The notes: generated by a model not told the origin, from the sequence alone. Shown: positions 23,699 to 37,149, numbered from the stretch's first letter. The stretch: DNA of 64,000 nucleotides from the human T2T-CHM13v2.0 reference genome, Homo sapiens (GCF_009914755.1 NC_060944.1), one strand, 5' to 3'. Numbers and translations are program-made.

Positions 23699-26074
23699 CT
23701 AATTTAAAGAGAATATGAAAATTTTAAGATAAGAATTTCTTCATCTCCCCTGATATCAATCAATTCTTTCTTCATCTGCCTACATCATCTCCTTCTTCCC
23801 TTCTGTTATACTAAAGTTACCTCAAAGAGAAACTAAGTAACTTGAACAATTGTAGCAGCTGCATTAATAACCACATAAATATCAAACGTTAGAAGGAAAG
23901 GGAGAGATAGGAGGCATTGTTAATGACCTAAAGTACCATGTTTAAATTAGAGAGTTAATTGATGGCATAAAGAAATAGAATAAGCATAATTTTTAGATAG
24001 TTATGTGGGGGATCTTTAGAAGAATCAGAATTAGAAATGAAGATATACCTTTGGGGAATGGTAGATGAGATATGAAAGGGAGATTGGATAATTTCTCTAA
24101 TGGTGTATTTATTCCCATTATAAGTGTTACTTTGCTGCCAAGGCTGTGTAATCTAAGATAGGCAACTTAAAAAAAGGAGTATTAATACTTATCTGTAAGG
24201 GATGTTATAATTCAATGAGTTAATAAATATCTCAAGGTGCTTTCTAATTTTTAGAGTGCAGTTCAACTTTTATTAAGTGAGAGTTTTGGATGCTCTCATG
24301 TAAAATAATAATGTGAATTGCTTTCCTGGACACTATCTACTTTAAAATCAATTTCTCTTTCTAATGTTTGTCAGTATGTGAATGGCCAGGACAAATTGGT
24401 TTTGCTTAATCCACACAACATGTCATCAACAAAGTAAAATCGACTAAAAGTAAAGTCATCAATTACATTCACCATTGGTGCAGTAAAGATAGTTTATTTA
24501 AAAGTTATTTGATAGACTTTTTACAAGGTTTCTACTTTTTATAAGAGACTATGGAAGTCTGAGGAATGCTTCAAGAAAAGAGAGAGCTTCTCCCCTGAAG
24601 GGGCTCAATACACTGACAATTGACTGTCTCTGTGAAAAGCATTTGAAATGAATCCAGGGATGTGACTGAAAAATTTTAGTACCCAAATACTTATTAATGA
24701 AATATTGTCTTCATATTGAGTCAGGAGATACTGATGTCACAGTACAGAATGTTGTGAGAGTTTTCTTTAAATTTAATTTTAATTGATTTTTATAAGCGTG
24801 ACTTGATGTCTCCAAAAAAGAAAAGGAAATGTATTAAGTCCCCAAAACATTTTAGTTCAGTATTGCATAAACTTGTCTCTTTTTTTCAAGAATAGTCAGA
24901 GTTTATAAGTGTTTCTCAAGAAACCTCAGGTAAATTGGTGCTGATTGCAAATTGTCTTCGTTTCTCTCGACCACAGAGAAATAGTTTGTGATAGTTTTAA
25001 TAAACTATTTCCTTATTTGGTAATGGTTTCAGTCTCATCACAGAAATAAAATTACATGTCTTTTTTAGCATGTATCTTACGGTTTGATGGTCTACTCTTG
25101 TTTTGTGGGGCTCTGACATTCATATCTGCTACACATGGCCCTTTAACAACGACCCTCTCTTTCTTTTTCTAGAAGTATGACAAATTCTGCACCAGTAATA
25201 CTGTTTCATCATCAAATAAAATAAACAAGTTATAGGAATGTACTCTGGCTCTTTGCTTCTTAATTACTCTAATTTGGGCCCCAGCTGGGGCCCATCTCTG
25301 ACAATCTTCACTCCATCAGATAAAGGGGAATTGTTTAAAATTGTGCTGGGTTTGTTATAAGCAATGGACGAACTTCTAAAAGGATTATCTCCAAGTTGAT
25401 ATCTGATAAAAGCAAAATATTAAGGCTGAATCGAAATGAAAAATGTTTTGAGACTTCTCCCTGTTCAAATGGTCTTAATTCATTATCATGGTAGAGCTGA
25501 AGACATCTTCTATTTAATAGCTTCATTTAGTTGTTATGAAAATTTTGTAAACGCATTTTTCCAGATATCTCTTATATTGAAGATGTACTGAGTGCCTAAA
25601 ATCAGGAATTTTTGAAACAATTCAAGAGATAGGGTTAAAAAGTTCATTTCAGTGAAATAGTGAAATAAAGGGCGAAGAAGACAGAAAGAAAGATACAGAT
25701 GAAGAAGAGGAGAAAAAAAGGAACGGGTACCAGATAAAGTATGAAGCATAAGTAAAAGTGTACCCATGGGTTTTGTGTGCAAGGTCCTTCTTATTTCTCC
25801 CCATGTGATTATACCCAAGTATTCTGCCGAAAAATTCAGTTTAGAGAAGAGATGGAGGATACAAGTACTCACTTAGGAGGCACAAAGACATATATATATA
25901 CACAAACACCCAGAAACAGAAAGCAAAGCCTGCTCATTAGAGAAAATGTAGAAAACTTTGAAAAGTAGAAAGAAGACAAATAACTGGAGAGAGACAAAAT
26001 CTGCCCAGCCTCAACAGAAATTCTGTTTTCTTTTTTCTTTTTCTTTTTTTTGTCTGTGAATGTTAACTGTTTTA

Positions 26075-26250
26075 TTTTTTTGAGCTTTGAATTCTATTGT
26101 ATTTATTATTTTTAAACTTTAAAAATGATAACTTTAAAACTATCGATTAAAATAATTGTTAGTTTACTTGATTATATTATAGACACAGAAAAGTGCATAA
26201 ATTGTTAAGTGTAGAGCTTGATAAATTTCCATAAATTGAACGCTCAGTCA
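26075..26250 (-). mobile_element. L1M 3'-terminal fragment
   Basis: acacagaaaagtgcataaattgttaagtgtagagcttgataaatttccataaattgaac. Confidence 0.55.
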
Positions 26251-26974
26251 TGATAGCAACTATTTTGCAACCATTTACTTTTTGAAGACAATTAGGCCAC
26301 TTGTTCCAGGACCTTTGCCTTAGTCTTCCAGCAGAGGTATTTCTTCCTCCCTTGTGACAAAATTAGCCAGACTCCTTAATGGAATCTGAGGATAGGGAGG
26401 GGTTCAGTCACAGAAGCAGTATGGTAACCAGCCCGATACAGGTATGCATGACAGTAAAGGAGAGTGTTGAGGAAAACAATCGTAAACATTTAAAGACACC
26501 TCTGGGGGATGAGAGCTCCAGGTGCAGCTGGAAGAGGAGAACACTGGTAGCTTCACAAGGGCAGTCGCAATGACAGCCCCAGCACTGGCAGCCCAGTAGG
26601 AGCTTTGGGCAATAGCCCAGAGCAGAAGCAGCAGCCTGAGAGCTGGATGTAGGAATGTGCACAGAGGCCTGACTACAAGGGGCATCCCAAAAAGAGGGGA
26701 AATGGGTGACCAGAGCAGAACAAGCTGGCGCAACCTCGGCAGGGGCAGGAGTGAAAACGTGGCAAGTCTGAGAATGGACTGAGAGACAAGAGGGAACCGC
26801 AGTAGGACAGGGGGTAGGGGAAGATACATTTAAGGAAATCAAAAGAGGGCTCAACAGCAGCAAGAACATGGATATCAAATACTTGGAGGAGAATAAGAGG
26901 GGATAAAAAGATAATGCAAATTAACTAAATCCGCCTTCTTTATATCTGAGCATGATATGTGGTATGTAAAGCTA

Positions 26975-27175
26975 ATGCATAAAGAAATAGAAAAGATTTA
27001 GAATGCAGTTAGAAATATAGAGTAGAAATAGGAATAGAGAAGAGAAATAGATGATAGGATAGAAATAGAAATACAGATTAGAAAGTTGATATAAAAAGAA
27101 ATGAAAAAATAGAAAAGACATTGAGTAGGAATAGAAATATAGAATAAAAATAGAAGTAAATAGAAAAAGAAAACC
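26975..27175. repeat. Degenerate (AAATAG)n purine-rich low-complexity tract
   Basis: Repeated gaaatag/gaatag units abutting the L1 5' truncation point. Confidence 0.8.
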
Positions 27176-27346
27176 GAGAAAACTACATACTAACATCACT
27201 GAGGAACATAGACGCAAAAATCCTCAACAAAATACTAGCAAACTGAATCTAATGGCACATCAAAAAGAAAATTCACCATGATCAAGTGGATTTCATCCCA
27301 GGGATACAAGGATGATTCAACATGCACAAGTCAATAAATGTAATTC

Positions 27347-27692
<346 letters not shown>

Positions 27693-28959
27693 TCAATAGA
27701 TGCAGAAAAGACGTTTGATAAAATCCACAATCATTTTATGATAAAAACCCTCAACAAACTAGGCGTAGAAGGAACATACCTCAAAATAATAAAAGTCATA
27801 CATGACAAACCCACAGCCAGTATCATACTGATGGGGAAAAGTTGAATGCATTCCTGCTAAGAACTGAAACACGACAAGGTTGCTCACTTTCACCACTTCT
27901 ATTCAACATAGTACTGTAAATCCTGGCCAGAGCAATCAAGAAAGAGAAAGAAATAAGGGGCATCCAAACTGGGAAAGAGGAAGTCAAACTATCTCTGTTT
28001 GCTGATGATGCGATCTTATACTTAGAAAACCCTGAAGTCTCCTCTAAAAGATGACTAGATTTAATAAATGAATTCAGTAAAGTCTCAGGTTGCAAAATCA
28101 ATGTACACAAATCAGTAGCACTGCTGTACACCAATAATGACCAAGCTGAGAATCATATTAAGAACTCAATCCCATTTATAATAGCTGCAAAAAAATAGCA
28201 TACATAGGAATATACTTAACCAAAGAGATGAAAGATCTCTAAAAGGAGAATTATAAAACACTGAGGAAATAAATTATACATGACATAATTGGAAAGGCAT
28301 CCCATGCTCATGAATTAGAAGACTCGATATTGTGGAAAATGACCATACTGTTCAAAGCACTCTACAGAGTCAACGCAATTCATATTAAAATACCAATGTC
28401 ATTTTTTTCACAGAATTAGAATAAACAATCCTAAAATTCATACAGAATCAATAAAAGAGCCTGAGTAACCAAGACAATCTTAAGCAAACAAAACAAAATG
28501 AAACAAAAAATTCTGGAGGTGTCACATTACCCAACTTTAAATTAAACAAGGCTGTAGTAACCAAAACAGCATAGTACTGGTATAAAAGTAGATTCATAGA
28601 CCAATGGAACAGAAGAGAGAATCTAGAAATAAAGCCAAATACTTACAACTAACTGATCTTCAGCAAAGCAGATGAAAACATACACTGGCAGAAAGGACAT
28701 CCTATTCATCAAATGATGCTGGGGAAATTGGATACCTGCATGTAGAAGAATGAATCTTGATCCCTATCTGTCACCATATACAAATATTAACTGAAGATGA
28801 ATTAAAGTTCTAAATTTAAGACCTGAAACAATAAAAATTATAGAAGCAAACCTAGACCAAGGGAAATAACTTGTGACTAAGCCCCAAAAGCAGATGCAAC
28901 AAAAACTAAAGATAAATAAATGAGACCTAATTAAACTAAAGAATTTCTGCGCAGCAAAA

Positions 28960-29160
28960 AAAAATATAATTATATAATACATAATTATATATTATATAAT
29001 ATATAATATATTAAATATATAATATATAATATCATAATATATAATATTAATTATATATTATATAATATACAATATATAATTATATATTTATAATATACAA
29101 TATATATTATAAATATATAATATATAATTATACATTATATTTATAAATACATATATAAAA
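28960..29160. repeat. (TA)-rich low-complexity expansion inside L1PB
   Basis: ~200 bp of almost only A/T (tatataat units). Confidence 0.9.
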
Positions 29161-30299
29161 TAGAGTGAATAACCTACAGAAAGGGAGAAAATAATTTGTA
29201 AGCTATGCATCCAACAAATGACTGGTATTTAGAATCTACAAATAAATCAGCAAGAAAAAAAACAAATAATTTCATTAAAAAGTTGACAAACAACATGAAC
29301 AGACGTTTCTCAAAAAAAGATGTAAAAATGGCCAACAAACATATGAAAGATTGTTTAACATCTCTAATCAACATGGAAATGCAGTTTAAAACCACAATGA
29401 GATACTAACTTCTCCAGCTAGAATGGCCATTATTAAAAAGCGAAAAAACAATAGATGTTGAGATGGATGTGGTGAAAACGAACTGCTTATGCATTGCTGG
29501 TGTAACCTCTATGGAAAACAGTATGGAGATTTCTCAGAGAATTAAAAGTGGATCTACTATTCAATTTAGTAACCCCACTACCGAAAGGAAAAAAAGTCAG
29601 TATATCAAAAGGACATCTATGTTTATTGCAGCACAATTTACAATTGCAAAGATATGAAATAAGCTTGAGTGCCCATCACCTCATGAGTGTATAAAGAAAA
29701 TATGGTGTGTATATACCGTGGAATACTACTCAGGCACAGAAAAATGAAACAGTGTCTTTTGCAGCAACATGAATGGAACTGGAATCCAGTTATTCTAAGT
29801 GAAGTAACTAAACTCAGGAATGGAAAACCAAATATTGCATTTTTTAATTTATAAGTGGGAACTAAGCTATGGGCATGCACAGGCATACAGAGTGGTATAA
29901 TGGGTATTGGTGACTCAGAAGGTAGGAAGATGGATGGAGGATGAGGTACGAAAAATTACCATTTGGGTGTAATGTACACAGTCGGGTGATGGGTGCACTA
30001 AAACCCCAGACTTCACCACTGTACAATCCATCCATGTAAACAAAAACAACTTGCACTCCTAAAGCTATTGAAATTTTTAAAAAGGTAACATAGATGTGAA
30101 TTAGAAACAATTAAATGTAAATATAATTATGTTGACTTATGTGGGGAATATTTAGAAGAATAACAAATAATAAAAAGTACATTTTTTGGTCACATACGTC
30201 TTTTCTTTCATTATGAATAATACATAATTTCAGTTCTGATACCCTCTTTGATTAGAAGGCTGATTTAAAACCAATTTTAAAGTAGTTTCCTTGAAAAAG

Positions 30300-31150
30300 C
30301 TTATGTTGATCATGAATCTATAATTTTATTGCCATGTGGCCAAATAATATGTTCTGTATGAATTTTAACTTTTAGGAGTTTACTAATTTTTATTTGAAAT
30401 ATACAAACACCATTTTTTAATCTCACTATTGAGTCATGCCTTAGCTAGATATAGGAATCTTATTGAAAATGACTTTTCCTGAATAATTTAATGATAGTGC
30501 TTCATTATTTTCTAAGCAGTTATTTGAGCTGTTAAGAAGTTGCAATTAGTGACTTTGTCACTCTTTTAAAAGTAATCTGTAGTTATTCTGGCAGCTTTAA
30601 GATTACTCTTTTTTTTTTTTGCAATTTCATCAAGCTACGTGCATATATGGATTTATTTTATTTTATTAATCCTGTTCAACACTTATTATGCTATTGTTTG
30701 TTTTTGGAGACAGGGTCTCCCTCTGTCACCCAGGCTGGAGTACAGTGGCACAGTCTTGGCTCACTGCAACCTCCACCTCCCAGGTTCAAGTGATTCTCTC
30801 ACCTCAGTCTCCTGAGTAGCTGGGACTACAGGCATGTGCTACCATGCCCGGCTAACTTTTGTATTTTTTTGTAGCGAAAGGGTTTCACCATGTTGGCCAA
30901 GTTGGTCTTGAACTCCTGACCTCAAGTGATCAGCCTGCCTCGGCCTCCAGAAGTGCTGGGATTACAGGCATGAGCCACCACACCTGGTGTGGTTTAATGT
31001 AATTAAACCGATGTGGTTTAATGTAATTCTCCAGTCTGGAAATTTCTCACTGATTACCTGTTTGAATATTGACTCTGCTTTTTCCTCTCCAGGCTCCTTC
31101 TGGAACTACTATTAGATACTGATGAAGCTACTCAATCTATCTCCTATGTA
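30300..31150 (-). mobile_element. Old L1M/HAL1-type 5'/ORF1-region fragments, interrupted by an Alu
   Basis: gctagatataggaatctt, ctggcagctttaagattactct, ccttctggaactactattaga. Confidence 0.55.
30695..30987 (-). mobile_element. AluSz-like SINE
   Basis: gagacagggtctcc, ctcctgacctcaagtgatc; full dimer. Confidence 0.95.
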
Positions 31151-31154
31151 TCTT

Positions 31155-32875
31155 TATTATTATTATTATCGAAATATAATTAACATAACATAAAACACAT
31201 CCTACTGAAGTGTTTTTCTACAGTGGTTTAATTCAATTGTTTTTAGTACATTCCCAAGGTTGTCCAACCACCATCATTGTCTAATTTCAGAACATTTTCA
31301 TCATCCAGAAGAAAACCTTGTACCCATTAGCCATATTACCTCATTCCCCACTTCCCGAGCCCCTGGCAACCATTAATTTACTTTCTACATCTATGGATTT
31401 GTCTATTACAGACAATTCATATAAGTGAAATCATACAATATGTGACCTTTTGTGTATAGCATCTTTTACTTAGCATCATGTTTTCAAGGTCCATCCGTGT
31501 GGTAGCATAAATCAATAATTCATTACTTTTTCTGGTTGAATAATATTCTATTGTATGGATATACCACATTTGTTTATTTGTTTATCAGTTGATGAACATT
31601 TGAGTTGTTTACACTTTTTGGCTGTTATAAAAAATGCTTCCATGAACATTCACTTATAACTTTTTGGGTGAATATGTTTTCAATTCTCTTGGGTACATAC
31701 GTAGGAGTAGAATTGTTGGATTGTATGGAAAACTTATGTTTAACTTATTTTATTTTACTTATTTATTTTTATTTATTTATTTATTTTTGAGACAGAGTCT
31801 TGCTTTGTCGCCCAGGCTGGAGTGCAGTGTCACGATCTCAGCTCACTGGAACCTCTGTCTCCTCCCTAGTTCAAGCGATTCTCCTTCCTCAGCCTCCTGA
31901 GTAGCTGGGACTACTGGCGTGCGCTACCACACCTGGATAATTTTTGTATTTTTAGTAGAGATGGGGTTTCGCCATGTTGGCCAAGCCGGTCCCAAACTCC
32001 TGACCTCAGGTCATTCACCTGCCTCAGCCTCCTAAAATGCTGGGATTGTCTACTTGAGCCACCGCACCTGGCTAAAAATTTATGTTTAACTTTTTAAGAT
32101 TTTCCGAAGTGGCCACACTATTTTACATTCCCACCAACCATGGATAAGGATTCCAATTTTTCTACAGCCCAGATAATTCTGGTTATTTTCTGTATCTTTG
32201 ATTATAGCTATCCTAGTAGGTATAAACATGTATCATATTGTGGTTTTGATTTGCATTCCCTAATGACTAATGATGTTGAGAATCTTTTCATGTGCTTATT
32301 TTATATCTTCACTGGAGAAATATCTATTCAAGTCTTTTGCCCATTTAAAATAGGGTTGTATTTTATTGTTGATTTGAAATAATAACTAAACCTTTCTTTA
32401 TGCCAGATATTTTTATTCTGGACACCGGACTTTTATCAGATATAAAATTTGGAAACATTTTCTGCCATTCTGTGAGTTTTATTTTCACCTTATGAATGAT
32501 GTCTTTTGAAGCACAAATGTTTTTAATTTTGATGAAGTCCAATTTATTTATTTTGTTTTGGTTGCTTATGCTTTTGGTGTCATATCCAAGAAATCATTGT
32601 CTAACACAAGGTCATAAATCCTGGCACCAATGTTTCCTTCTGAGAGTTTTATAGTTTTAGATCTTACATTTAGATTTTTGATCTAAAAAATTTTGATTTT
32701 GACTTTTGTTTTGAATAAATTTTTGTATATGGTTTGTGGAAGGAGTCCAATTTCATTCTCGTTGAGGTGGATATCTAGTAGCCTCAACACCATTTGCTTG
32801 GAAAAGACTACTCCTTTCCCCTATTGAATTGTCTTGGCACCCTTACTGAAAATCAGTTGACCACATAAATGTATG
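31155..32875 (-). mobile_element. L1MB (MB7/8-like) 3' ~1.4 kb, interrupted by an Alu
   Basis: cccctggcaaccattaatttactttct, gttttgatttgcattccctaatgactaatgatgttgag, gtcttggcacccttactgaaaatcagttgacc. Confidence 0.9.
31747..32073 (-). mobile_element. AluSx-like SINE
   Basis: Full dimer; TSD aaaacttatgtttaactt (31729-31746) / aaaatttatgtttaactt (32075-32092). Confidence 0.95.
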
Positions 32876-33262
32876 TGGGGTGGTGGCTGTTTTTCTCAGT
32901 CAATCTTTCTTCTCCAGCGGCCTTAAATATAACCCCGACTCATACAGTGGCCCCAGCTTTTGTCTCTGGTTGTGAAAGGCCACATGTTCCTGCAGGAGTT
33001 GAATTTAGGCTACCAGCAACTCTGTCCAGCACAAAGCTCAAAAGGCAGGACTACCACCTCTTACTTTGTTCTCTCTTCTTTCACTTACTTTCTGTTTTAA
33101 TATTAACATCTACTTTGTTATGTGATTTTTTTTTGAGTAATTAAAATATTATCTATCTATCTTCTACCCAATATTTTTGTGTATGTATGGGGGGGTGGTG
33201 TTTTTGTGTGCTTCCTTTTATGTTTTGACAAAAAATAAATAGTACATATAATTCTTAGGTTC

Positions 33263-33725
33263 TGTGTCATGTATCTACCATTATGTAATGCTATGAAACG
33301 ACCACAAATTATCAGCTGCATGCAACAATAAGCACTTACTACTCACAGTCCAGGGATGGTTGGTTGGAAATTTCTGCTGCTTTTGGCTAGGATCGTCTGA
33401 TGGTCTGGGAGCTGAGTGGCTCTTGGCTGATCTAGGCTGGCCTCAGCTAGGATAACAAGGACATTCAACTTCTAGTCAGGTAGATTAGGAATTTCCTCAT
33501 GGGATTGCAGAGACCAAAAAAAGGCAGAAGCACATTTTCAGTTCTCTGATACTCCTGCTAATATTGTTTGGGTTAAAATAAGTTGCATATCTGTGCTCAG
33601 AGTCAGGGGGTTGGAAGGTTATGCTGCTCATGTTGAGACAGCACTGAAAAGTGACATGGAAAAGAGCAAGGATATGTGTAGGTGTGTGAAGAATTGGAGC
33701 CATGTTTTGCAACCATTCGACCACA
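33263..33725 (-). mobile_element. MaLR LTR (MLT1H/I-like)
   Basis: ggctgatctaggctggcctcagct; gaagaattggagccatgttttgcaacc..accaca terminus. Confidence 0.7.
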
Positions 33726-33729
33726 AGCG

Positions 33730-33945
33730 TTTAAAAAATATATATTCTATTACTCCATAAGAAAAAAAGAGGACGAGGGAGAGAAACATGAGGAGGATAG
33801 AAGTAACTGGTGAGAAATGAAGAAAATTAGGATTACATGATATTAATAATTGTTGAAGCCACCTAATGGGCACATTGAAATTTCACTATCCTGTGCTCTA
33901 TACTTTCATGTGTTTGAAAATTTTTCACTATATAACAATAAAATG
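33730..33945 (+). mobile_element. L1MD/ME 3' end
   Basis: ataattgttgaagcc...atgggcacat...tgtttgaaaatttttcact. Confidence 0.6.
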
Positions 33946-35649
33946 ATATATAGTCTATGTTTGTTGGCTATAAAAGTCTTTATTCAGATATATTATGTCA
34001 AAGCTGTTATTTATTCAAATCTTTTATATTTCTAGTTATATTTTTCTACTTTTTAAAAAAATTTTTTAGGTAATTGTACTAAACTCTTCCACCATAATTG
34101 TGATCTCATCTTGGGATTTGCCAAAAAACATTTATAGCATGTCTGAGAAGTCCAGAGGAAGTATATATCTCCTCTTTGCTCCAACCTTCTTGTAGCAGGG
34201 TATGTGTTGAATCAGTCTGTCCTGAAATGTGTGAGTCTTTTAAAAAACTGAATACTATTGGTCATTTTTGTTTGGAGATTTCTAAGGCAAGAAGTTTGTC
34301 TAAGTACCCTAAACCAGCTGGGCACTGGGGGCCAGTGACAGGACTAGGAAAGAGATACTCATGTCCATTTCAAAGACTTTTGCCCTATGGAAGAGGCTTC
34401 TGTTAGCTTCTGTGACCTCTGGTGAGTTGATGCTGGCATTAGCCACTGGGCTGTCTTGCTGATAAATTGGCTAAATCATTAGACATATTCCCAGAAGGGA
34501 GTATATGGTGAATGGCTCATATGGGCCCCCGGGAAGGTGGCTGCACCTCTGAGGGTCCTTTGTGCTAAGGGAGCAGAAAAGGACCTCGCTCATGTGCTGG
34601 ATAAACATATTTGTCACTGTTTTCATTATTTCCCTATGTATAGTTTTAAATTTTTCATTACAAAGTCATTTATTTAAAATAGTATGTATGCACTGGCAAC
34701 CAATAATTTTCCCTTGGACACAGTCCTGTGGCAAGGATCCAATGTGATAACATATCAAGTTAACAGAATATTTTCAAAATACTCAAATTTGGTCTCATAA
34801 ATTACTGAAAATATTCATATTCAGTATCATTGTTGTTGAATTAGATGTAGAAATAGGTGACAGTGGCCTTTTCCTATGCCCTGAAACCTCCTTTTGCCTT
34901 ATTGCCACCTTTTGATGCGATGCTGAACAGGTTGACCTCTGAATCTTGAAGAGCCCTTTGTTTTCCCTCCTGATATCATGTTGGAATTTGGAAGAACAGT
35001 GGGTCTTTTGGTTCACTGCATTCCACTGGGACCCTTCCAACTCCAGCTCATTAGAAACACCCCCGAGCCTGAGGACTAACTATGATGTCATATGTCATAG
35101 CAATGAAGTAATTATGGCCGGCCAAGGCAAAGAACAATTTTATTTTTGCTGCTTTGAGAATTTTCTCATATTGCTTCAAATGTAACTCCCACCTTTCAAG
35201 TAAAAATTATTATAAGTAGATTCCCAGGGTCAAAAGAACAAGTGGAAACTTGTTGGATGGGGTCAACCTGGAAACTGCTGAGATATTTGTATACATATTC
35301 CCTTTATCTTGCTTTGGCTCAGTTTTTTTTTGTTCCTTTCAGGTGTGCCTAATATTATACTCTGTGTTTTGAAAGGTTTGAGGGAGAAGGCTGCAAGGAG
35401 TCCTGTGGGAGGCCCTGGGGTCTTATTAGTTGAAGGAAACAAATCATCATACCTTTAATACTGGCTCCAATTTGCCCCTTTCATGAGTAGTCTTGGAGAG
35501 ATAATTGCTAATCTGGAATGGACATACTTCTGTAAGTTTATATCAAATACATTTTTTCCATTAAATAATATTTTTCTGTATTCCAATTTTGAGGAAAGTA
35601 AGTTAATTTAATTTTTCTTTTTCCTCTGATATACTTTTTAATGAATAGA

Positions 35650-35757
35650 TTGAAAATTAAGGAGTGCCATTATATATACACTACTCACTTTAGATACAAT
35701 GCTTTGAAAATTAATGAGTGCCATTTTATACACACTGCTCACTTTAGATACAATGCT
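35650..35757. repeat. Tandem duplication, 2 x 54 bp (4 mismatches)
   Basis: ttgaaaattaa(g/t)gagtgccatt(a/t)tata(t/c)acact(a/g)ctcactttagatacaatgct at 35650 and 35704. Confidence 0.95.
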
Positions 35758-36318
35758 TTATATATCTTAACTCATCTCTCAAACAGTGATCTTGGTTGGC
35801 ATTTTTCAAACTGTGATGAAGACACTTTTTATAGCCCTGTTCAGAATACAGAAGGAGACCTACTCTTCTTTGATCACAATCTAAAGACAGACAGAGGACA
35901 TGTGGAAAGGTAAAGAAAGTTCCAACATTCAGTAGGGAGAATATCGTCACAAGCCTTCCCTCTTTATCTCCTTTTTAACTCTCTTTTCAGATTAGGTTTG
36001 TGAGGAGATGATTTATAAAAGGTAATTTGTTGATCTTTTTTCCCCGGAGAAAACATATATGGTTTTCATCTTAGTCTCTGCAGGGTATGTGACCCACAAT
36101 ATATTCAGAAACCTCCAAAAACAGTACTGCTATTTACTATTATAAATGCATAAAAATAAAAAAACTATACATAGAAAATTAATAAAAGAAAGATATGAAT
36201 CTTTTCTTTCACGTCTTTAACATGGCAGTACGTAAGTATACAATAGAAGTGATATTTTCATTCTCAGTCACCCAGTTTTATATTTCAGAATAAATTTTGA
36301 CTTCCTTCTCCTTTTTCC

Positions 36319-36319
<1 letters not shown>

Positions 36320-36350
<31 letters not shown>

Positions 36351-36669
36351 CTTTTCTTTTCTTTTCTTTTCTTTTCTTTTTTCTTTTCTTTTTGATGGAG
36401 TCTTGCTTTGTTGCCCAGGCTGGAGTGCAGTGCACGATCTCTGTTCACTGTAACCTCTGCCTCCCAGGTTCAAGCAATTCTGTCTCGGCATCCCGAGTAG
36501 CTGGGATTACAGGCATCTGCCACCACGCCCAGTTAATTTTTGTATTTTTAGTAGAGATGGGCTTTCACCATATTGGTCAGGCTGGTCTTGAACTCCTGAC
36601 CTCAGGTGATCCGCCCTCCTCAGCCTCCCAAAGTGCTGGGATTACAGGCGTGAGCCACCGTGCCCAGCC
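36320..36669 (-). mobile_element. AluS (Sx/Sq-like) with pentanucleotide tail
   Basis: Full dimer; TSD ccttctcctttttcct / ctttctcctttttctt. Confidence 0.95.
36331..36380. repeat. (CTTTT)10 = (AAAAG)10 microsatellite
   Basis: Direct reading. Confidence 0.95.
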
Positions 36670-36726
36670 CTTTCTCCTTTTTCTTATACTCATACTCAAG
36701 CAAATGTTATTTTCTTCCAGAGGTAG

Positions 36727-36840
36727 TGTATTAATCTGATTTTGCTACAATAATACGGTGTAACAAACAACCTCAGATTCTCAGTGGCTTCCATGAACAA
36801 ACATCAGTAACATATATATTTCTTGCTTATAGATCTGTCA
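36727..36840 (-). mobile_element. MLT1 LTR terminal fragment
   Basis: tgtaacaaacaacctcagattctcagtggctt. Confidence 0.55.
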
Positions 36841-37149
36841 TGGATTAAATATAAACAAAAATGAAGCAAGAAACAAAACTAGTCTTTCAATGAAAAGCTG
36901 AAGATGCTGAAGAAGAAATGCAAAATCATTTCACAAGAAAAACAAAATCAGACCAGGATCACTTGGCGTACCATCCTAGCAAAATATATCTTCTTGGAGT
37001 TGCCCTGACAATGCTCCTCAAAAACTACTTTCTTCATCTTCTTGCGGGTTAAATACTGGGATTAAATCCTAGCATAAAAATTACATCTAAAATGAAACAC
37101 AGCTCTTCACCATTGTTGACCTCTTTAACACCTTAATGTCTACTCAATC

